From positions 6,488,828-6,552,827 of the forward strand of contig CAJINV010000004.1 in assembly GCA_905178155.1 (NCBI GenBank): a stretch of 64,000 nt of DNA. The letters run 5' to 3'. The DNA comes from Amoebophrya sp. A120. Its lineage: Eukaryota > Protista > Dinoflagellata. The notes under the pieces are model-generated. The model searched no databases. It saw only the letters and a list, made by a program, of their open reading frames with translations, and was not told where the DNA came from. Every line of letters begins with the position of its first letter. Within the stretch, counting starts at the first letter, position 1. The position numbers were made by a program, and so were the translations under genes. Of the stretch, positions 36,192-46,300 are shown one piece after another.

Positions 36192-39184
36192 ATGGTGTCC
36201 AGCATCGACCATGACGGACTTTCCGCGCTGCAGCGCCAGATTTCCCACGTCGACGTGGGGGAGAGAATTCTCAGCGGGCGGGTGCAGCTGTTCCATTTGG
36301 GTAGGAATATCCCCTCCTTCCAGTCCTTCGCCGGATCGACGAACGACGTCAGTGAGGAGGTGTTTCACAGATTCAAGCACCACTCACCCCTCGGACCGCT
36401 GAACAACCCCGCGAATAAGGCGCTGCTGAATCATTTCATACAGGTATTTAGAGCCTATGATATATACCTACACAGGAGGCTCCTGTGTTTGAGTACCTAC
36501 AAAGGACCACGAGGCTGTGTTTTATTTTGCTGATTCTCGATAATTGGAGTAGTTTTGCATGGAAATGATCCTTGCTGCGCATGATGCATGCACAACATGA
36601 ACATTCCGCAGTAAAACTGTTTATGGAATGAAATTTCATACATCAAAACCAAACCAGGTTCTCGGCATCGTCTTCCCCGAATACGACTACACCTCCCTCG
36701 CCCCCGACCGTTTCGAACCCCAGGACGACGGCTTGTACGTCGTGAACCAAATCAACTGCAACTGTTTCTCACTAGCAGAGAGACAACAAGCGGGATTCAT
36801 TAACCGCTTTTGGCAGGTGATAAGAGACGTTATCGACATCGGGAAGTGCAAGGTGTTTCTGTACAAACCGGAGTCCCTCGACGAGATCCCGCACACGCCG
36901 CTGTTCTCCTTCTTTTACTTCTTTCTGGACCAGAAAGACAAGAAGCTGCTGTTTCTGTTCGGGTCAACTAGGTCCAAGTACCAGGGGGTCTTGCGGAACG
37001 ACGATTTGTCCGACATTTCCGACGGTGTTGGATCCTCTTCCCAAGGAATGATGTCAGATGACTACGCAAGTAGCAGCGGATTGAGTACGAACGGAGGTGG
37101 CGGATCTTCTACCTCTGGTTTAAACCACCAGAACAGGTCCAGGTATCGACAAAGTAGACGCATATGCATTGCAAATATGTCTGGGTCTGGAAAGTTGGAA
37201 CTTGTAATGCTGGCCTTACATTCCTATAAAATCTGTATTGCATGACTAACAAAAGTCGTAGCCTCTCTTGTCATACAAAAACGCAATTTGTCATGCGGAG
37301 GGCGGATGAGAAAGCGTCCTGCAAACTTGTCATGCTCTGCTACATAAGGAAGTGTGTTCCTTATGCACATTTTAGCATCACAAATTGCCAGACCCAGACA
37401 TATTTGCATTTGATAGCGCAGCAGCTACAGCAAAAGAGGGAGTAGAAACAACGCGAACAGCTCGTCGGGAGGCGGATTCGGTGGAAACAACAGCAGTAGT
37501 GCGCAAGAACAGTTGATGTCTTCGTCCGCTGGCGTCTATCAAATGCAACAATGTCTCGATCTAGAACAGTGGAACTTGTGATGCGTTTCTTGTATTCCCG
37601 GAAAATCTGTGTTGCATGATGAGCAGCAAAAGTAAAAGAGGGGCTTGCTTTGTCGTGCAAAAACGCAATTTGTGATGCGTGGTAGGCATCAGCAGGCGTC
37701 TCTAAAACTTGTCAGGTTGCTTGGCTGCCATTGCAAGCGCTTCAATCATGCTTAATTCAGCATCGCAGACTTCCAGACCCAGACATATTTGCAATCCATA
37801 GCGTGAGTAGATACGGCTTTGTGCACACGACCTCGACCTCGAGCACCGGCGCGTCGGGGGGCGCGGGGAGTGATCTGAACCACAACTCGGAGAGGACGAA
37901 TACTTCTGCCAGAGCAGCTACGAGAGGACGTGCCGCCGGCCGGGGCGCAGGAACAAGCGCGAGTGCGAATAATTTCGCTGGTGTACTAGCCGCAGCCGAG
38001 TGTAGTAGTCACATCGCGGAAACGTATCCTGAGTAAAAACGTCCCCACCCCATAGTTGTCATGCAGTTCTGCATGCTGAAAATGTTTCTCATGCGGAGCC
38101 CCATGAGAAGCATTTTCTAGTCGTGTTGTGGAATTTGTGATGCTAGAATCAGCATGATGTGCTAGATCTGTGATGCTGCTGAACTAGCTAAAGAGGATCA
38201 GGCTACGAGGATAAACTTGTCATGCATAACTCCCAAAACTTGGAGATTTGTATTGCAGATCTGCCTACTTGACTATGGTGTGGGGACGTTTTTTCTCATA
38301 ATAAAACCGGCTCTTTGTATAACCACCACCACCGAGGACTTCAGCATCTGAACGCGCCGATCATACCCGCCATTCTGGGCCACGATCACTACCCGAACCG
38401 GCTCGCGTATGGGGGTGCCAGGATTTGGAATTGACAAAGTTGAAAATAAATTTGTGATGCATAAAACCGATACCTCCAGTTGGAAGCCCAATTTCCAAGC
38501 GGTATGCATGACAAATTTCGGCACCGTCTAAATCCACTTCGTCATGTTGTTTGCGGACAGAGGGCGTCTTTTGTCATGCTACTTTCGCAGCTCTATCGCA
38601 GACCCCAAACAGGCTGACCGTCGGCCTCGCTTGCCATCCCTGCAAGAGAGGCTCTTCTTGCATTGCAATTTACGCATGAGGAATTGTTGCAAGTTTGTCG
38701 ACTTCAATCCTGACGCTAGTATATCGCGTCGCAGTCCGAAGACATGATCTCGGACTCCTCCAACATGTCCATGCGGAGCTCCCCCAACTCCTCCGGCGGG
38801 TTCCAGGGCGATTTATTCTGCGTAAAAACGCCCCCACCCCACAGTCAAGATGGGAAATGTGCTAGACAAATCAACAAGCTTTCGTTGTTTCGCATGACAA
38901 GTTTGTCCGCATAGTGTGATCCTGTTTAGCTAGTTCCATTAGCATCACAGATCTAGCATATCATGCTGATCCGAGCATCACAAATTACGAAACACGACTA
39001 GGAAAGGCTTTTCATGGGGCTCCGCATGAGAAATATTTTCAGCATGCAGATTTGCATTACAACTATGGGCTGGGGACGTTTTTACAGAGGATGGGATTAC
39101 GGCTTCCAGTACGTTTCGGACGACAGCGAAGGCAGCGCCGGGGAAGACGCCAGCGGCCAGAGGAGCGGCCAGTTGAAAGGATGA
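36192..39184 (+). CDS. MAF1: Repressor of RNA polymerase III transcription Maf1 with long low-complexity C-terminal tail
   Basis: Maf1 boxes: SPLGPL...LIQVL-like FIQVLGIVFPEYDYT (PDYDFS box), FWQVIRDVIDIGKCKVFLYKP, LFSFFYFFLDQKDKKLLFL; GT-AG intron 36444-36657 plus 5 introners; stop TGA 39182-39184. Confidence 0.88.
37163..37415. mobile_element. Introner family K
   Basis: TSD acgca/gcgca. Confidence 0.88.
37537..37800. mobile_element. Introner family K
   Basis: TSD gcgtc/gcgtg. Confidence 0.88.
38025..38303. mobile_element. Introner family J
   Basis: TSD aaacg/aaacc; aaaaacgtcccca TIR. Confidence 0.88.
38408..38723. mobile_element. Introner family A
   Basis: TSD tcgcg; body homologous to 239-546. 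Confidence 0.9.
38814..39093. mobile_element. Introner family J (reverse orientation to 38025)
   Basis: TSD cgatt/ggatt; right terminus TA>TG. Confidence 0.85.
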
Positions 39185-39565
39185 TTATAAAGCGCGGTGC
39201 TTTATTTACATTTTATTTGATGCTTGCGCGTTAGGCTCTTGTTTGAAATTGTGTTCTTGGCCGGGTGGCACTGTATAGTTCTAGTTTCGGCCTGCCATGA
39301 TGTGGCCGCTTGATGGCGGATTTCGAGCTGCTGCGTGAATGGCAGACACTGAAAATTTCAAATAGATTCTCAAAAAAAAAAAGTATGAAAAAAGTAGACG
39401 TACTATCTTACAACAGCGAATTTCTTTACACGCCAGATGTTGGCCGCTGCGACACGTCCAAGCGATTTTATGTGCGCGGTATCTTCACACGGAAATCCCC
39501 GCCCCATAGCAGTGTTCGTGAAGGCCAGTTCCAGACTTGATGTCAACTACTATAATTCGGTTTGA

Positions 39566-39803
39566 TGTCAACAAAGGTCCTATCGTTCGGTCATTTCGTG
39601 GTCCAGGTCGTCATGTAGTACTTCAAAAGAAAAACTCTTCCACAAAACTTTTGTACCGCCGCACCAACTGAGTGCAGCGAGCGTACCAAACGGTAGGGAC
39701 AAGTTCAAGTAGTTCCCGCGATCAAAGACCACAAGCTCAAGCCCCGCCGCGTCAGATTGGCATCGCACAGCAGGAGGTTTTTGTTTCTGGTAATATCGGA
39801 GAA
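39566..39803 (+). repeat. Diverged non-coding duplicate of the region just upstream of the PFK-like gene (43101-43260)
   Basis: Shared blocks atgtcaa.aaag.tccta...ttcggtcatttc, gatcaaa.accaca, gccgcgtcagattg, ggaggtttttgtttct. Confidence 0.7.
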
Positions 39804-40780
39804 GTTGTTCTTGTTTCTTTTCATAGTATGGATCCGGCAGTAATGCCAATGAATGAAAATTCAAGGAGCTCGGTGGACTGGTAGTATCCTCAAAGTGAAA
39901 ACGAAAAACCGGATGTATCGTTTGCAAAGAAGATGCTTACTCACACGATATTGGGGCTTCGAAAGATCTCCCTCTGCAATCTCTCATGAAAATTGATAGA
40001 TGATCGATGAAAGTGAGTGAATATCCACACTGATCCGAACCCCTGTTGTCGCTTGCTCTCTCGGTCGGTCCGCAAAATTCATAAGTACAAAACAAACGTA
40101 AACACTCACCCAATTCTCTCGTCTTTGGCTTTACCCACCGCTCCGCAAAAATTTTGATCCCGCAAAATGAAAATCAAAACTGGATCGCTAGAGCCAGATG
40201 GTCTTCATCTCGAGCAGGTTGAATTCGATCGTGGGGGACTTCTATAGAAGGCGTGCGATTGATGCCTACTGCTCTCTGCCGAGCAGGGTAGAAAATTGAA
40301 ATCTGCGCGCTGATTTCCGAGCTTTCTGCTCACCCGCCGAAGGGCCAAGCATCAAAGAAAGGGGACAACCTACTTACAAACTTTCGAAATAACCACAGCG
40401 ACATTCTTTTTTGGAGCGTAGTTTCGCAGAACGCGACCTGCATTCGAATTGGAAATAAAAGCGAAGGAGCATTCGCATTTTGCTTGCTGTAAGTAAAACG
40501 AAAAACTGTGATTGCTAATAAACAAGACTACAAAGCTCGCCTGTAACAATAGGGGGATCTTCTTCCTCACTTCTTTCTCAAGCATTTTGCTACTTACACA
40601 AATAAGCCCCTGCTGGGAAAGATTGGAGAACAAACTTGGAAAACCTACAGCAAAATCGGAGTAGTGCTTACATTTTTACTCCTACATCCAGCCCACGAAT
40701 AACACACTGCTCCCTGTGTTGAGCCGTTTCTCCTCTCGCGATCGATCTCAAGGTCGCGCGAGTAAGTGTTTCAGAACATC

Positions 40781-41734
40781 ATGGCGCCCCTCTTTCGTCG
40801 CGTACTTGCCGCTGTTGGTGCTGCCATGTCTCTCCACTTGCGCGGAGAATTACTATTCGGCGCGCTCCTGCTGGGCGGACGTGGTGCTTTTGAAGCTTCT
40901 TGGATGAATGCCAGCCACTCTGTTCACCCGTTCGTGGTCGCTGTCCGGGTGCGGTTAACATCTCGGCCGGGAAGCAGCAATGATGGCACCCCCCTCGGGA
41001 GGAAGGCAGCTGGATCTCCCGAGTCAGAAGTTGGTGGGGGGCGCCGCAGCTTGCGTGGCGAAATAGGCAAAAATCTGCCCTCCGTTACGCCAGGGAATGC
41101 TGGAGCTGTGGGAAGGAGCGCTCCTCGTGCTGACGGAGGTCAGGGAAGTCGCCTACTGAAAGAGTCCGCGAAGGCCGCCTACAGGGGGCTACTAGACGAG
41201 TGCAGGAGAAAAGGCGACACGAAAGGCGCGAGACAGGTGTTGCAAGATATGGAGGCTGCGAATATCGTGCCGGATGTCGCCTGCTACAACTCTTTACTGG
41301 CCGCCTACGGCAACAGCAAAAACACGGCTGGCGCGCGACGGGTATTGAAAGATATGAAGGCCGCGAATGTCGTTCCGGATGTCGTCACGTACAACAGGTT
41401 AGTCAACGCGTACAGAAAAAGAGGCGACCTGGACGGCGCGCGGCGGGCGTTTGGGGAAATGGAGGACGCGGGCCTCGTGCCAAACGCCGTCACCTATCGG
41501 CACATGATGGGAGCGCACATAGCTAAACATAAACGAGACGGCAGCGATGCCTGCGAGGATATCGAACAGGTCTTGGATTTGATGGAGGTGGCCCGCGTGG
41601 AGCCTGATCGCGCCATATTCACTGCGATGATTGACTATTATGTTTCTTCCGGCAGAAAAGAGCAGGCCAAACTATTACGGGAGGTGTATGACAGATGGGA
41701 GGGCCAGACGAGCAACTTCACACCTACAGTTTGA
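40781..41734 (+). CDS. Pentatricopeptide repeat (PPR) protein, intronless, with hydrophobic N-terminal leader
   Basis: About 5 35-aa P-type repeats: PDVACYNSLLAAYGNSKNTAGARRVLKDMKAANVVPDVVTYNRLVNAYRKRGDLDGARRAFGEMEDAGLVPNAVTY. Confidence 0.9.
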   Translation: MAPLFRRVLAAVGAAMSLHLRGELLFGALLLGGRGAFEASWMNASHSVHPFVVAVRVRLTSRPGSSNDGTPLGRKAAGSPESEVGGGRRSLRGEIGKNLPSVTPGNAGAVGRSAPRADGGQGSRLLKESAKAAYRGLLDECRRKGDTKGARQVLQDMEAANIVPDVACYNSLLAAYGNSKNTAGARRVLKDMKAANVVPDVVTYNRLVNAYRKRGDLDGARRAFGEMEDAGLVPNAVTYRHMMGAHIAKHKRDGSDACEDIEQVLDLMEVARVEPDRAIFTAMIDYYVSSGRKEQAKLLREVYDRWEGQTSNFTPTV

Positions 41735-42254
41735 ATGCAAAGGAGCAAAACGCGGCCTCCAGCTGGTTTGGCTGCTTTGGTGCCGCCAAACGCCTTATGT
41801 CGACTTTCAGGGGGATTGCTCTACTTTTTTTTCCTTGTCTCTTCGCTCTTTTTTTTCTATCTTGTAGCTATAGGCAGCTTTTATTTTTTTCTTCTTCTAT
41901 TGCCATCGCGGATGGCGATGGTACCACTGTCAAGATGGCATGTTTAATTCTAGCAAAGCATCTACCTTTGCCGTACCATCCCGCTTCAGGAGTATTTTTA
42001 GCGAAAGCATATGTCTGATCTGCCTAAAGCTTAAGCGTCTGACAGCTTTTTTCATATGAAAATAAACGTAATCTTCATCAATTTCACACTTGCACTTACC
42101 ACGTTATTGTCCAGCTTTCTTGCTTGATGCGCTATTTCTGTCTCTTTATCTCCAAGAGCTGTAGATTGTAGAAAAAAAACTAAAACAGCGACTTCAAAGT
42201 TTTAAAAGGAAAAGGCTTTATAGTTCTGCTTTGTCTCTTCTGATTGTCGCTGTT

Positions 42255-42555
42255 TTCGTTGCTTTGCTTTTTTTCCTTGGCTATCTTCTCTTTTATCTAT
42301 CTTGTAGTTGTAGGCCACTATTATTTTTTTCCTCTTCCATATCCATTGCCATTGCCGTTTTTCACCGTTGCCATTGCTGATTTCGCGACCAGGCGGTCGT
42401 TTTCGACCGTCTGGTGTGACGGCGTGGAGCTGGAGCCTGATCGCGCCATGTTCAACGCGATGATTGACGACCATCTTGCTTCCGGCAGAGAATGGAAGGC
42501 CGACCTATTACAGCAGATGGCAGAGGCTTGCTTTGAGCCGGACGAGTCGCGCTAG
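42255..42555 (+). pseudogene. Rearranged fragment duplicate of the PPR gene 3' end and its downstream region
   Basis: 42424-42513 encodes VELEPDRAMFNAMIDDHLASGR, matching VEPDRAIFTAMIDYYVSSGR (41597-41680); 42255-42385 resembles 41815-41925. Confidence 0.7.
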
Positions 42556-43312
42556 TGGGCGCGTGTGTTGAAAGGATATAGTCAAGAAAAGTACAACCTA
42601 CAACTGCAGAGCCAAAGTCAACAAATTAATCAGTATTTTTGGAAGGCTCTACGGAAGGTAATATATAAATGATCTGTAGTCCAAGCACTAGTTTTGATAA
42701 GAGAAAAGATGAAGTTTATTTTGGGAGTTGTTTTGGTTTTCTATTTTGTGTAATTACATTGATGTACGTTGCATAAAAAAAAATGTAAAAGAACAAAGTA
42801 AGACGCAGCACATGAGGAGCCTTTGACTTAGATTGATTTCCAAAGCAAGAGATCCAATTTGAAAAGAAAGAAACTCCTTGTAGTTGTGTTGCACATCCCG
42901 AAAAAAATTCACAGAGAAGAGCTTTTTCCAGCAAGAGGTGTTGAAAAGCAAATGTATGTATGTTGGTGTTCAAACGCAAAAACAAACTTTTCTTCCGGTC
43001 GTACAAATTTTAGTTTGTCTTGCTATTCAAAAGCGAGAGCTCCTTCTGTTTGTCTTTACCCGTTTTAGTTCCAATCGTCGGCAAAGGTCTAGTTCCTATT
43101 ATGTCAATAAAGATCCTACCATTCGGTCATTTCCAGGGCGTTGTGTAGTAAAAAGAAAAACCAGCAATCCCGAGATCAAACACCACAGGCCCTGCCGCGT
43201 CAGATTGATTGGCGTCGCGAAGGAGGAGGTTTTTGTTTCTAGTCACTTATATATCGGAACAAAATAAAAAGTTTTTCTTGCTTGATTTTTGTTGAAACAA
43301 AAAACGCGAAGC

Positions 43313-46300
43313 ATGTCGGAACTGATTCGTCTTCGTTCTATGGAGCGGCCCGTGCTGCCACAAGTCTTGAAAGGCGCGGTCGTTCCGGTGGAAACGGGTA
43401 GTTCGTTTTCTTCCTCTAGTACAAGCTCCACAACATCACCGGCTAAACAGCAGAAAACAACTCCAGTAGCAACTGTATCATCCACCGCATGTGAAAGAAG
43501 CGGAGGTGCGAAGAACGCAGGTTCTAATTCCTCGCAAGTAGAAGTAGACCACGTTCAACATCAACATCTCTCCCAGCCAGACAAGCCGCCGCCCATCATC
43601 CAGCTGAAGTGCTCCCCATTTGGCGCGTATGAAAAGCAGAAGTGCTCGATCGGCGTCCTCCTCGCGTGCGACCGGTGTCCCGGGGCCGGGACGGAGAACG
43701 TGATTCTCGGCGTGCAGCAGCGCGTTGCCTCCTCGGTGACCAGAGGGATGTCCGGCCGGGCGGTTGGGTTTCTAGACGGATCGGTGGGGCTGATGAAGGG
43801 CAACTATATGAATCTAGAGAGTACTGGTGGAATTATAGGTGGTGGCACGAGCAGTAGTTCATCTGGCGGGGGGGCGTCTTCATCTTCATCAAGCCATTTT
43901 CCCTCGTCGTCTTCCACGAGTCAATATCTCAACTGCGGTATGCGTTGCAAATATGTCTGGGCCGGGAAGGATGCAACTTGTCATGCTACCTTTGGAATCT
44001 ACATAAAATCTGTATTGCATGAACAGCAAAAGAGGCGCAATTTGTGCTACGCGGAGAGGTGGGTATTTCTCATGCGGTATGAGCTGCATCAGAAAACCCT
44101 CACAGAATCTCTGACGCTCGGGCATGCATCACAGACTCCATGGGTCATGGAAAATCTGCATGACAAACTTCCAGACCCAGACATTTTTGCATTTCATATG
44201 CGGCGGTGCCCGCATGCTGGGTTTCAAGCCGTTCCGCGGCAGAATTTCCGACCGCGACATCGCGAAGATCGCGCAGCGGTGCCGGGAGCTGGACTTGCAG
44301 GGCTTAGTGATCGTCGGCGGGCTGGAAGAGGTGCTCGCGATGCAGGAAATCGCCGACAAAATCAACAACTTACCGCCGGAACTCATCGCGCAGGCAGCAG
44401 CATCAAGCTCAACATCTGGGGCGGCGGGTAATAATAGTAGTACGAGGGGCACTACAACTTTTACTACTGTCGGCACTACTAGCTCTTCCTCGTCGATGCG
44501 GAACAGCAGTAGTCCGGTAACCAACGCGTTCTCGCAGCCGCGAACGCCGAACACGGCGGGGTCGGCTTTCGCGAGCGGGAGGGAAAGCAAAACCACGACA
44601 CCCGGAGGACCTGCGGCACCGGGTTCGGCAGGCCCAAGTTCCGCCCAGGTTGTCGTAAACGACCAAGCGTTATGGATTGCAAATATGTCTGGGTCTGGAT
44701 GATTGCGAGACTCGTCATGCATATTTTCCATGGCCCATGATGTCTCTGACGCATGCCCTAGCATCACAGATTTAGAGGGCTTTGCGATTATGCCTCTGCC
44801 GCATGAGAAATGCCCTCTCGGCGTAGCCCAAACTAAAGTCCTCTTGCTGGTCATGCAATACAAACTTTTTTAGAATCCAGAGACAGCATCACAAGCTTAG
44901 AATCTTCCAGACCAAGACACTTTTGCACTTGATCAGCGTTCAATATGCCCATGAAAACCAGTCCGAACCAGGCGCAGACGCCAAACAGCAGCCAAGGCCT
45001 CGCGCAGCAACTGCAAAATGCAAATCCAAATCCGCCCACGACGCAGCCGCACCACGTCACAATCGTGGGGGTTCTCCAGTCCCCGAACCGCACTGTGAGA
45101 CTTCCCCCCTACGTGCCTGTCACGCTCGGGTTCGACTCCGCAAGGGGAGTTCTGTCTGAGGTCGCCGGGAACATTTCGGTCGACGCCCTTTCCAGCGGGA
45201 AGTTCTACCACTTTATCCGCTGCGGGTCGACGGCGGTCACCCTGGAGATCGCGCTGCAGGTGGAGCCGACCATCGTGATTGTGAACGAGGAGGTGAAGAA
45301 TGGGAAGCAGTCGCTGACCGAAATCGTGAAAAGCATCGCGGAGCAGATTTTGAAAAGAAGAGACGAATTTGGTTTGAATTCCGGGGTTATTTTACTATCC
45401 GACGGATTGGTCGAGAACGGGCTGGTGCAGACGGAGATTTTGAAATCCGAAATCGCACATCTGCGGAAAGCCTTCAAGGTCCGGACCGAAGCGGAATTGT
45501 TGCTCGGCGGCAGTAGTAGTAGTTCTACTGCGACAATTATATCCGGCTCGTCGACCAATTTGCTCGCAGACCGGACAACTTCCTCCGCGTCGCAATTGTC
45601 TTCCGACGCAGCAGGTAGTTCTGCTGGTGCAGCAGGTCCACCCGCACAGAACAAGAATCCCGGGCTCTCTCCCGCCTCGCGCGAGCTGTACGCCATGCTG
45701 CCGGCGGACTGCCGGCAGGCGCTGCTGTTTCGGGATGACGTGCGGGGGGAACCGCTGTTGCCGCAGGTGGACGCGGAGAAGTTGCTGGCTCGCCTCGTCC
45801 GGGAGGTATCCAGGAAAAAAATTGTGTAAGTGTAACTGTGTAGGAAGAACAGCATTACAAAGTAGCTTTGCATTACAGGGAAAATCTGTCATGCGCAGCT
45901 AATACGTGGAAACACGTATGAAAGTAGCGTATGACGCAGATCCAGCATGACAAGTGTAAACAGTTTTGCACTTTCTGCATCACAGATCCACACTCACATA
46001 GTTTTTTTCTTGCATAGGAGGCTTTGTCCCACGACTGGGCGGAATTTATCCCGCGGTACCACAACATCGCGGTCGAGGGAAGGTTATCAAATGCAAAAAT
46101 GTCTGGGTCTGGAAGATTGGTAAGTTTGTCATGCGGGTTTTCCATGACCCACACGGTCTGCCATGCACGGCCTAGCATGTTGACAGGTTCTGTGAGATCT
46201 CTATCATGCCGCTCCTGCATGAGAAACTTGAGTCTAAACTTGTTCAAAAGTGGACCTCTTTTGGTAATCATGCAACACAAATTTTTCCACGATCCAGATG

